Shown here piece by piece: positions 11,611 through 22,917 of a stretch of 64,000 nt of DNA. The DNA is taken from assembly GCA_951804945.1 (NCBI GenBank), contig OX638164.1, positions 29,760,001 to 29,824,000 on the forward strand. Reading direction: 5' to 3'. A program made the position numbers and the translations under genes. This DNA comes from Podarcis cretensis. Taxonomy: Eukaryota. Numbering within the stretch: the first letter of the stretch is position 1; every line of letters starts with the position of its first letter. Below the pieces are notes generated by a model. The model made no database searches, was not told where the DNA came from, and saw only the letters and a list, made by a program, of their open reading frames with translations.

Positions 11611-14600
11611 GGCAACAGTCCCCCTAAAGGAAAACGGAAGGTCAAAAATCCTAGCCCAGAAGATGACCCAAAGTTCCACCTAGGAGATTCCCCCCCCCCC
11701 ACAACACATCCTGAGTGACCATCTTGTTTTGACTTCTGCATCAAAGCTACTTTGAATAGTGTAGGGGGGGGGGTTAAAATAAAATCTAGGTTTCTCAGAC
11801 CCATATGTTGAATCTGGGATTAACCAAGAGTAATCCCTTGCCCCCCCCCATCAACCCCACCTTCAGCACCCAACTGTGTCTGCATACATACCCTACCCCC
11901 TTGTTCCCTGATCTCTCACCCCATCTGAAATCTAGATTGTAAACACACCTACCTGCCCCTCTGGCATGATTATTAGAAAGACATGTTGCTTTCTCAAGTA
12001 CATGGAAGAGTGTACATGAAAAGCAACAATATCACACTGACAAGATGTTTAATGCCCCCACAGCTCCAGCGATTCTACTTCATTGTCCCTTTTCTGTTGT
12101 TGTTTTTTTTCTCTCTCTCTCAGCTGCACCTCAGATCTCTGCACCCCCAGCCCCCTTCTCAGGAGCCCACCATGACAACCACAGTGCGCCACCTACAGGC
12201 TGCGTCCCAACACTGCCCTACCTTGCAGGAGCCACCTGGGCCCCCTCAGAGAGGCAAAGCAGTCACTCACACACCCCTGGCACAGGTCAGGAGCCCCCAA
12301 CCCACAGCCCCCTCTGCGGCAGGGCAGAAGCAAAGGTCTGCCTCTGCCCTGAACTCTCCCTCCCTCCCTTTCCCACCTCCCTGAAATGAACACAGGTCCT
12401 CTCCAGGGGATGCAAGAGTTCTTCATCAGCAGAAAAGGCAGCCAGAAGTCCTGTCTTTTTGCCTTTCTTTCTCCTCAAGTCTGAGGGAGGGGGGGGGACA
12501 CCTCCTCAGGAACTGCCTTGGTGAGGGGGTGTGTGGGGGGGTGGTCTCCCTGTTCCCTTGCCTCCCCCTCTCTCCTCCAGAGCTGCTCCAGCAGGTCACA
12601 AGCCCTGACAAGCAGCCTCTGTTCTGGAGAAGGGAGGGAGAGTGGGCACCCCACCTTGCCAGCAGCGACAAGGCGGCTTTCTTCTCCGTGAAGAGGTCAG
12701 AGAATGAGGCGCTTGTGTGGCTGGGAGTGGCCAGGCAGCAAATGCCAAAGGGTCGGAGCTCCAGAAAAAGTGGGCCTGGGACGGCTGCGAGCCTCCTCTT
12801 GGGCCTGGGGACCGAGTGAGTTGCGGGGGCTCCTAGCCGGACCACACACACAAAGCACACAGAGAGAAAACAGAGAGGAAGAAAAAGGGTCCTCTGAGGG
12901 AAGGGGAAGGAAGGGAGAAAGGGCAAATCTGCCTGTGAGCCCCAGCTGTGATGTGGCCCCTTCCAGGAGAAGCTGACAGATCTCCTTGTGGGCCACTCCC
13001 TTCCCAGGCAAGGGTGCTTTTGGCCTGTCCTCCCCCCCTCCCAGAAAAGAGCCTGGGAAAGTTGGGGGCGGCAGCTGGGCCAAGGCCTGGCCGCCCACAA
13101 CGGCTGGATTGCCAAAAAGCCTGTGATGACACAAGAGCAGGGTGACCAGCTCCACACACCCCCCCACACACATCGAGCTGGACCAGAGTGAGAACTGTTC
13201 TGCCCATCCGCACCCCTCCAGTCCTCATGCAGGAGAGTCCGCCACAAGGAGAAGGAGGGAGAGCCAGTGGTGGGGCACAGATGGCATTGGCTAAAGAGGG
13301 CTTGTCAAAGAGCCACGCAGCAGCAGAGCCTTCCCCGCGGTGCCAGGAGGCATGTGTGCATCCTCCCCAGTCTGGGCCTATAGGTAAAGAGGGTCCCCCA
13401 AAGGCCTCCAGGCAGGGAAGACTCACCTCAAAAGTCTTCCAAGACAACCATCCTGACTCCTGGAGGGGCACCCGAAAGCTCTGCCGTTCCCACAGCTGGC
13501 AAGAGGCTCTGGAGGCCAGTTCCCTTTGCAATCCTGAGTCACCAGGAGGAAACAGTCTTTCCTGTCCCATCCACAGGCGAAGAGGGGAGGCCCAGCCCAG
13601 GCCACAGGTTGCCAAGGCAACAACAGACAATAACAGGGGCAGCAGCCACTTCCCCTTGGAAAACAAACCAAGAGCTAGATCTATCCACCAGGCACACTGG
13701 CTCAGGAGTCCCTCTCCCCAGTTCCCCGAGGGGCAGAGGTCTCCTTTCAGTTCCTGTGCCCCCAAATAAGTCAGGCAGCAACCTGGCAGCTGCAGCCCCC
13801 AAAAGCAACCGTGGAAGCCCACCAATGCCCACTGCCACATGGGATGCTCACAGCCATGTGCTTCTCCAACATTAACATTAGCAGATGGATATTTCAGATC
13901 CTGGCTACCCAACTCAAGCTGGGGAGAGAAACCAATAAACTGGGTGAATTCAAAATTGCCACCAGATAAGCATCCAAGTACCAAGAGAGAGGTGTCCCTG
14001 GATGGCTCGCTGTGGCTGCCAGAAAATGTCACGCACACACGACGCCTTCCTCATTCCCAGGACTGGCAAATCCTGATTAAATTAAGGGGGGAATTGCCCT
14101 CCGCTCATTAAACCCTTTCATGGGGCAGATCCAAGAGCAACAGGCTCCCTGGTTCATTTGTGAAGAAAGTCTCAGAACATTCTGGGCACCGCCCTGAGCA
14201 CAAAACAGAACTGGCCCCAAGGAGGTTAGCCACAACTAGGCAAGGCAACCAGGCAATTTGTCCTTTGCCTCCAAAGGGATCAGCCGTCTCAATGGTGGAC
14301 CGGATGCCTCCCACTCTGTTGCTGTAGAGAGAACTGATCTTAAAGATGCACTAAAAGTATTTGCTGTCCCAAGGTCTCCAAAGAGAAACTCCCTGAGGAT
14401 AGGGATACTATCCTTGGTGGGTCGTAAGGGCTAAGAATTACTTTTAAAAGAGGACTCCGTATTCTTGTTCTTTTTGTGTGTGCTTTTTGTAGCCGCCGTT
14501 TTATTATATTATGAAAAACTTTAATAGAAATCTCATTACAAAGAGGAACTCTCTAAGAGTCCTGCAAGTAAGAGACAGCATCCCTCCACTCATCCTCCAC

Positions 14601-14989
14601 CAATGCCTCCTGTCACTATGACAGGCAGGAGGTCCACAGGTTCAGCCAGAACATCATAGCAAAGCCATTCTCCTGTACTGGGAGAGCATTCCCAGGGATT
14701 CTCTGCTAGGGGTGTGGGGAGGTTATGGCTTATCAGTCCTGCTGCTGCCCACTCTGGGTGCCTCGGCTTTTGGGGTGGCTTCAGCCCAGTGCCTTTGGAA
14801 GACCCTCCACCTTGTCCTAAATGAGTCCAGGTGCTATCCCTCGCCTTGCTCCCCACCTGGGCCTCCCATAAACCAGCAGCGCAGGCAAACAGAAAGAGGC
14901 TGTCACCGTTAAAGTCTCCAGCCGACTCCCTTGTCAGCTCAACAAAGGAAACGTGCACTTTTTAAAAAGCCAGAAAAGCATTTCAGGTG

Positions 14990-16200
14990 GGGAGAGCGAC
15001 GCACACGGCTTAATCCTGTCCACAAGCCATATTCGATGACCCAGATCTTTTGTCCCTAAGTCTCCACCGGAACTGTTGGAGGAGATCTGTACTCATAACG
15101 TCCCTTTAGGGCGCTCGGGATTCTGGCACAGGATACAGGAACCCTCTTTTCTGCTCCCCAGCAGCGCGGGGAGGGGGCTGCATGCGGCTGCCAGTCTCCC
15201 CTCCTGCCAAGACGCCGCAGGTCCCCCTTCTCCTTCTCTCCCGTCCCGAAGACTCGCTCGCTGCGCGGATTAGGGAACAGAAATGCCAAAAATGTGTGGA
15301 ATGCGCCACGTCCGTCCAGGCAGGGAGGCGGGCAGGCGAGCTCCCCCACCACCACCGGTGCCCCCTTCAGGTGCCATCCAGGAAGGAGCTCCCTTGGAGA
15401 TAGACAAGAGAGGAGTCGAGCCAATCGCCTATAAGGGAGGGGGCACCGCTGGCTACATGGACATCTCGCCCCCACCCAACACTCGTATATACCTAGACAC
15501 GAATACGAACAATAGCTGGGGGGAGAGGGGAAGATTGGGGGGGGGGGGTTTCGAAGGGGCGAGGAAACCGCCCCAAGCCCAGGAAAGTGCCCCCCTCCCC
15601 ATCCCAGTTCCATCCCCGGCAGGTGCGTCCCGTCCAAAGAAGGGAATTATCCTTCGCCGCCCCGTCCCGCTTACCTGGATGGTGGCCCCGACGGGGCGCC
15701 CCCACCTGCGGAGCCCGCTCGCTCGCGATGCTTCCGAGCGGAGCGCTGGAACCCGCGTCTCCTACTCTCCCAGACCGGACTCCTCTTTCCTCGGCGAGGG
15801 GCCGTCCCTCCGCCTCAGCCCGAGGAGGAGGGCGAGCCGGAGGAGCCCCCGCCCCTTCTCCCCGGGCCTGGCCTTTGTTCGCCGCCCTTCCTGGGGCGCT
15901 CTGTGCCAGGCTGGGATGAGCCGCTGCCCGGCGCGTGACCTGCCAGGCACGCCGGATGCCGCCCGCCCGGGGACTGGCAGTGCCCTCCGGCTTGTGCCCG
16001 AGGAGGAGGAGGAGCAGGCAGGGCTGGAAACCGGAGAGGCGCTGCTCGCTGGCTGCAACCCGAGCCGCCGCCGCCGCTGCAGGAGAGCCTGAACAAAGGG
16101 CTGGATCAAGAGAGGTGCCGGGGCGCAACTGGCTGGCTGGCTGCGCCTGACTTCGACGCCCCGTCTGGTCCCTTGGCAGCGGCACGTGCTCCGAGGGAGG
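14990..16200. promoter_or_regulatory. CpG island / main PHLDB1 promoter
   Basis: Very GC- and CpG-rich stretch directly 5' of the PHLDB1 coding exons; contains the donor site at 15675. Confidence 0.75.
15675..15800 (-). other. PHLDB1: Probable non-coding first exon of PHLDB1 (5' boundary approximate)
   Basis: Strong donor CAG|GTAAGC at 15675/15674 inside a CpG island upstream of the ATG exon, whose acceptor is at 11623. Confidence 0.6.
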
Positions 16201-17269
16201 GTGGCCTCCTCCTTCTCGGGAGAACGGAGGAGATGGGAGATCTCCTGGTCGCAATGGAGAGAGACTGCAGCTTAGTGGCACCAGCTGCTTGACATGCTAA
16301 GGTGACAGATTCAGTCTGCACTTCCAGCGAGGGCTGGGAATGCCCCTGCGTCTGAAATCCTGGAAAGCTGCAGCCTGTCTGTGTGGACAGTACTGAGCTA
16401 GATGGAACTAACGGGCAAGGCAGCTCCCTCAGTCTTGCTGCCCTGGGTGCAACACCCAGTGGAGGTAGAGGACAAAGACTCCTTTGCCCTAGTAAGCAGC
16501 CGGTACCCAGAGGTATTTTCCTGCAGGAGGTGAGATTGCTGGAAAAGAGGATGCAGCAGGGCAGCTGAATCCACGTGGACCTGCTCTTGTGGTCCTTCCT
16601 GAACCACCTGCTGTCTGACCTTCCACAGGTGAGGGAAGAAACAGGGAGTCCCCTCCTTTTGGTGTCTGGGCACTGGGAGGCAACACAACAGCTCTGCCTG
16701 GACTCTCCCAGCTGCCTGATTCAGAAAGAAAGGTATGGGGAAAAGAAGAGGAGCAGGAAAGGAAGCGTGAGGACCAGAAAATGTCTAGAGGCAGAATCTG
16801 GGCCAGAGACAGTCCCAGGGATTTTCCTAGCCCAGTTTCCTGTACCGAGTCATGGGCTGGGGGTAGACAGGCCGGGCAGGGTCAGATAAGACATCCTTCT
16901 GGGTCCCAGCTCCACCGCAGGTGAAGTTGTGGCCCACCCACCACCTTGTGTGGAGCTGGCAATCATTCAGCTTGGAGGAGGAGGGGGTGATGGAGATCAT
17001 GCGTGCCGGCCAGATTCCCCCTTTTTCCCACAGTCCAAATATGCTGGCAGAGACCCTGCAACATCTGGAGTCCATCAACCCCCCTCCCTGCTCTGTGTTA
17101 CACAACGGGCTGCACAGCTGTTCAAAAGAGTGACTTCCAGAGGCCCAGAGCACATCAGGCAGCAGCAGCCCCCACAGGACTTCTAGAAAAGGGACAAAGC
17201 TACAGCCACAGCTGGCAAAAGAAGACCCCCCTCCCCCTCAACTGGGATATCTTCCTGAGTGTCAGGTAG

Positions 17270-17485
17270 AGTCAGTGTGGTGCAGTGGTCAGAGTGTCAG
17301 ACTAGAGCCTGGGAGACCAGGGTTCAAATCTCCACTTAACCAAGAAGTTCACTGGCTGTGTCCTTGGGCCAGTTACTGCCTCTCAGGCTAACCTACCTCA
17401 CAGGGTTGTTGTGGGGATTAAATGAGGAAGGGAAGAACCATACACGCCACCTTGGGCTCCTAGGAGAAAAAGCTGGGATATAAAT
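17270..17485 (+). mobile_element. tRNA-derived CORE-type (MIR-like) SINE
   Basis: A-box-like GTGTGGTGCAGTGG, B-box-like GGGTTCAAATC, and core ...CCTACCTCACAGGGTTGTTGTGGGGATTAAAT. Confidence 0.75.
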
Positions 17486-17560
17486 CTTCAGATGGAAGAT
17501 GGAGCAAATTTGTTTTCTGCTGCTCCAGAGGGTAGGACCCAAACCAATGGATTCACAGTA

Positions 17561-17775
17561 CAGTGGTACCTCGCGTTAAGAACTTAATCCGTTCTGGAGG
17601 TCCGTTCTTAACCTGAAACTGTTCTTAACTTGAGGTACCAGTTTAGCTAATGGGGCCTCCTGCTGCCGCCACATGATTTCTGTTCTCATCCTGAAGCAAA
17701 GTTCTTAACCCGAGGTACTCTTTCTGGGTTAGTGGAGTCTGTAACCTGAAGCGTCTGTAATCCGAGGCACCCCTG
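17561..17775. mobile_element. Tc1/mariner (Tigger/pogo-like) MITE
   Basis: TIRs CAGTGGTACCTCG / CGAGGCACCCCTG flanked by TA on both sides. Same family as 43290-43515 in the opposite orientation. Confidence 0.88.
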
Positions 17776-17943
17776 TACAAGAAGGGAGATTCTGACCAAA
17801 TATTAGGAAGACCTCTCTGATGGTGAGCTGTTCAGCAGTGGCAAAGACTAGCTCAGAAGGTGGCGTTGGAGGTTTTCAGACAGGTTAGGTGGCTATCTGT
17901 CAGGAATTCTTTGGCTGTTATTTGTACATTGTAGGGGGACGAA

Positions 17944-18715
17944 CTGGGCCCATCACCTCCTGGCAAATAGAAGGGGAAGAAATGGAGGCAGTGAGAGATT
18001 TTACTTTCTTGGGCTCCATGATCACTGCAGATGGTGACAGCAGTCACGAAATTAAAAGACGCCTGCTCCTTGGGAGAAAGGCGATGGCAAACCTAGACAG
18101 CGTCTTAAAAAGCAGAAACATCACCTTGCCAACAAAGGTCCGTATAGTTAAAGCCATGGTTTTCCCAGTAGTGATGTATGGAAGTGAGAGCTGGACCATA
18201 AAGAAGGCTGATCGCCAAAGAATTGATGCTTTTGAATTATGGTGCTGGAGGAGACTCTTGAGAGTTCCATGGACTGCAAGAAGATCAAATGTATCTAAAG
18301 GAAATCAGCCCTGAGTGCTCACTGGAAGGACAGATCGTGAAGCTGAGGCTCCAATACTTTGGCCACCTCATGAGAAGAGAAGACTCCCTGGAATAGACCC
18401 TGATGTTGGGGAAGATTGAGGGCACAAGAAGAAGGGGACGACAGAGGACGAGTCTTTAAGCAGAGGCTTGACAACCATATGTCAGGAGTGCTCTGATGGT
18501 GTTTCCTGCTTGGCAGGGGGTTGGACTCGATGGCCCTTGTGGTCTCTTCCAACTCTATGATTCTATGATTCTATGAGATGGTTGGACAGTGTTCTCGAAG
18601 CTACAAACATGAGTCTGACCAAATTGCGGGAAGCAGTGGAAGACAGGAGTGCCTGGCATGCTCTGGTCCATGGGGTCACGAAGAGTCGGACACGACTAAA
18701 CGACTAAACAACAAC
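17944..18715 (+). mobile_element. RTE-BovB LINE, 5'-truncated 3' fragment interrupted by a CR1 tail
   Basis: Encodes WQIEGEEMEAVRDFTFLGSMITADGDSSHEIKRRLLLGRKAM...VFPVVMYGSESWTIKKAD (BovB C-terminus). (CAA)n tail; near-perfect TSD AGGG(G/T)GACGAA at 17933-17943 and 18716-18726. Confidence 0.93.
18453..18576 (+). mobile_element. CR1 LINE 3' end inserted inside BovB
   Basis: TTTAAGCAGAGGCTTGAC...GGTTGGACTCGATG...CCAACTCTATG(ATTCTATG)n tail. Absent from the second BovB copy, which reads GGACGAGATGG contiguously. Confidence 0.9.
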
Positions 18716-21700
18716 AGGGTGACGAATGAGATGACCCTTGCTGGCTCTTCCAACTCTACAATTCTCATTCTATGAAATGCAATTAATAAATAAAAATATA
18801 GAGGCCTGGAAGGTCACACACGGTCCCCCACCACAGCAGTATGTGTTGCAGCAAACCTTACAACAGCTCTGCGGGGCTGGTCAGCGCTATTTCAGCATTG
18901 TGGCAGAAGGGGCTGTGGGCAAGAACAGGACACCCCAATATCTGGGCAGTTTCCACCCGCCAGTGGAGCCCCTCCCCCATTCGGAGGAAGAGCAAACAGA
19001 ATAAACAGCCCCAAATATTTCCCAGTTGAAACAAATTCGCTCACACAAGAGACCAACCTAATTATAGCTGAACATTACATCACCCAGGGAAGGGAGGTCC
19101 ATGGCGGATCTTCCTTTCCCTGCCCCCTCCAGCCCTTTTGAATAAAAAAAGGAGCCCTTGCATATTGAGAGGGAGATGCAATCCCACTGTGTGATGAATC
19201 CTTTCATCTTCCAGCATAGTTGAGTTTAAAGGGCCCGGATGCGCCCTGGATTTGCCTTTCCGAGGCCAGGAGGCCAACAGCTGCAGCCTCTTGAGAGGAC
19301 CAGAACGGGGGGGGGGGGGGGGTGAAGACCCAGCAAAAAGGGAAATGAAAAAAATAACAGCACTGCTGCTGGTTTTTCAGAGCAGAGCACAGGATCCAGC
19401 ATGGAAGCTGGTTGCCTGACGTGTTGCTCCTCTTTGCAGTGGGAAAGACAGCCTCATATGAAGCTTTCTGTATTGGTGGATACAGGTGGTTTTGCTGGCA
19501 CACTGACCTGTCAAGAAGCTGTAGGGATGCTCAGGCAACCCAGCTAGCAGGAGATAAACCAGGTGTGGTGAACCCCTGGCCTTCCCCATGTTGTTGGACT
19601 CCCAATTCCTACCAGCCCAAACCAGCACAACCAATGGCTAGGGATGATGTATTACAACAACATATGGGAAGTCACAGTGGAGGAGACACCTGGGAGAGAC
19701 TAGTGGGCCCCCATACTGGGGGCGGGGTGGGTGGGGGGTGGGAAGGAAACTACTGTAGATACATGATTTTTTAAAGAATACTAAACATGAAGTGAATGTA
19801 AAAGAAGAGAAGAAAGTGGCAGTTTGGAATGAGAGAATAACACAGAAGTGTGAAAGGAGGAGAAATTACAATAAATGAGTAAAGCTACCATAGTTTGAGA
19901 GCCTTTGGGTTGTTAGCCAATAAATGCAAATTCTTGTTCAGGAGCTATTTTTGGACTGGTTCATAAGAGGGACAAAATTGTATTTGGGTTTTCTATTAAT
20001 TTCCTTTTGTTCCAATTCTTTGGTAAACAGTGGGTTTTCCTGGAGGAGCAGCGGGACAAAAAAATCTCTCTCTCAAACCTGTTATTATTGTTTGCTACAA
20101 AATGCTAGAAACTGGTACAAACAAAAGTGTGGTTGAGCGCTAAATTATATCCAATTAAACCCACTGAAATTAAGTTATTCATATCTATTATTTTTAGTGG
20201 GTTTACTCTGAATAGGAGTATTGCTGGACACAACCCCCTAGATAAGCAAATTCTTCCCAAAATGTGGAGTTGTCAGAATACCTCCACAGCTAATGCTTAT
20301 ATTCAAATGTGTAATCTACAATTCTGCAGGTGCAGCTTCCTGAAACACTTTACACATACACAGTTGAGAATTTCTGTCTGCTGTATCCATAAAATGTATT
20401 GTTTACAATTTCAGAATGCAGAAAGATAAAGCTTTACCTTATTACGTATTTATATTTGGGTGCCACCCTTGTAACCAGAAATTGGGGTGAGAGTGGATGG
20501 CAGTTTCATAACCCATGGCTAGATAGATTGCAGTTCTACACAGGCTCTTTCAGGGCAATATCTCTCACCTGTGACCAACAGACTTGAAAGGTTTGCAAGC
20601 AGACCAAGGGGCTCAAGGACTCCGCAAGTTAATTACAGTCAAGCAGCTCGATGCTATTAAGTTTGCACCCAGAACCTTATTCCAGAGAACTGTAAATGAA
20701 TATCCCAAGCTTCTTATTATAGGAAACAGCAATGCATCTTGGGGTCAGTTGTCTCCTGAAGAGCCCCCCTTAACCTCCCGTTAACATACCATTAGCGAGT
20801 AATATTCCATTTCTATTTAAATAGAACTTTAAAAGGGAGACTAGACTAGCCATTTTATCAGAGGACAAATCCCAGTTACTACTATTATAATTTGGTAGCA
20901 GTCAGGGCAGTGCTCATTTATCCTTCCACCGGGTGAGGAAGAATTCAAAGACAGCAAAATACATTTGGAACTTTTTCAGATCAGCTGTGAACTCCTTTCG
21001 GAATCTTCATCAGCTTTCTAAAATTATTTTTCACTTAATAATTATTAGCCACTTAATAGGCATAAGGCAAGTTGCAAGCACATCTTACCCTTCTGAAAGG
21101 TACTTCCTTATTCATTGTATTTCTTCATTCTTTGGTTAGTGTGGCATGGTGCCCTATCCAGTTTTGCCTCTACCATGGAGTTTGACTGCTCTCAGTAGCA
21201 AAGGGGTGCACAAGAGCCCCAGATTGGTCTGTTCACTGAACCTGGAATCTGTGCAAATGAAGTTCCATTATATGTTACAAGTACCCAGCACCTTTTGATT
21301 TCTGCGTGCTATTCAACTGAATTGTATTCAGAGAAGACCCATTTATTTTAACGGGACTACTCAAGAGTATGACTAACACTGGTTAGCAGCCCCATTATCT
21401 GTTATCATAGTGCCTGGGCTCTGCAGTTTGGTCCATGATGGAAATCAGAGACAGCCTCAGATGCCTCTGCAGTCTTAAGAGAGTACTCCCTTGTTTGTAT
21501 TTACATATGCAAACTTTTCTCTTTTCTTTTCTAGATTTTACCAGAGACTGATATTTTGCAACAAGGACCCTCCACCCCACATTCTGTGTTTCTGCGGAAG
21601 GGCAAGGAAGTCACTTTGGCCTTGGAGGCTGGTAGCTCCCAGCCTTGCTGTTTGTCAGTGCATGGCCATACAGAGCAAGCTTCACAACTGTAGCAGAGGT

Positions 21701-21924
21701 AGGCAGAGAGTCCATATATCTTATAGATACACATGTGTCCAGCATCGCCACTCAAACCTTGAGCCGATTCCTTGTTCTCCAAACTGAGCTGTCAACAGGA
21801 ACCCAGAAACAGCTGCTTCAAATGCTCTGCGTTTAGTTCCCCACTTACAATATTAGCTCTAAGATCAACCCCCGTCCCATTCCAGGCAGCTACATAGCTT
21901 CACGCATCTCATTTTAGAATAGTC

Positions 21925-21930
21925 TTTATT
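21925..21930 (-). terminator. Candidate proximal poly(A) signal of ARCN1 (AATAAA)
   Basis: TTTATT on plus = AATAAA on minus, about 1 kb after the ARCN1 stop. More distal sites are possible. Confidence 0.4.
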
Positions 21931-22917
21931 GGATTCAGGGGCAGGGATTCTTTTGTGTACACTGGAATGTGTTATAGGCCCTAGCTCTTTATGTTACAGG
22001 GTTACAAAATCTTATTTAAATATCACTCTTCCCCCACCCTCCTCAATGTAATTTAAGAAAGAAAGAAAAAAAGCCTCCTTTGGTGGAACTAAACTTGACT
22101 CCATTTTAAAAATCAGACAAGACAACTCTTGAACACAGCTGGATCAGTAAGATTCGTAGCTACTCCTACAGTACAGGCCTAGACCACCCACCCCCGGGGG
22201 CATTTTGGAAAGGGTCACATCAGCAATGAGGCAGCGTGGGAGAAGCTGGTGACTTCTCTTAACAGGTGGGCACAAACTGGCACATGCCCATAGCCACTTG
22301 GGAAGCCAGTGCCTGCCACCGCCTCCGCCTGCCCCAATCAATGGGCAGTTCAAGGGATTCCCAAGCAGGGAGGGTCAGAGACAGTTGCTTCTTCTTCCTC
22401 CTTTGGACAGGCAGCAGCAGCTTCAAGAGAGTGAAGTGTCTTCAGAGAACAGTCCAGGAAGTGGACAGTCAGGAGCAGTGGGGCCAGAGGTTCCCTCACC
22501 CAACACCTGGTGCAGGGAAAGGGGTGCCAGGGACTGACCTCTGCTTCCTGCCAGGTTAGAGGTTGCTGGATGTCCAGGCTGGTCTCCCTTGACCAATGCT
22601 GGGATTAAGAGCCATTCACCTCCCATCAGAGTAAGGAATCGGTAACGAAAAGGGACACCTTGGGGACAGGGAAGGGGAAAGTTACTGTGAATTAAAGCAC
22701 AGGAAGAGGAGGAGGAGGAGGAGGAGTGTGCCTAACGAGTAGGGAGGCTGGCTGAACCAGAGAAGCAAGCAGCCTCTCCCTGCCTGACTGGCTGTGACCT
22801 TGGAAATGTTGGTGGGCGAGCAAACATGTCAGTGTCCCCTGACACAGAAAGGGTTGCATCCCTCTCCCAAGAGACCACAGCCTCAAAGTCTTGCTTGCTG
22901 CTTCCCTGCAGCAACAG

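Larger units (their letters stand above)
17486..18776 (+). mobile_element. Old CR1 3' fragment split by a Tigger MITE and by BovB
   Basis: Pieces at about 17486-17560, 17776-17943 and 18716-18776 rejoin into a CR1 3' end (GAGGGTAGGACC...AATGGATTCA...CAAGAAGGGAGATTC ... CCAACTCTACAATTC). Confidence 0.7.

Noticed and set aside
12833-14038. 401-aa minus ORF as a stand-alone gene
   Set aside because: Non-ATG start, Trp/Cys/Gly-rich random-looking sequence and no domain. Only the part ending at the 13427 donor is kept as a candidate exon.
15421-15437. CCAAT followed by CCTATAAGGG (TATA/CArG-like) suggesting an antisense promoter
   Set aside because: CCAAT-TATA spacing is too short, the CArG is imperfect, and there is no supporting exon structure.
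15056-16281. Long ORFs (193-269 aa) in the PHLDB1 promoter
   Set aside because: CpG-island artefacts.
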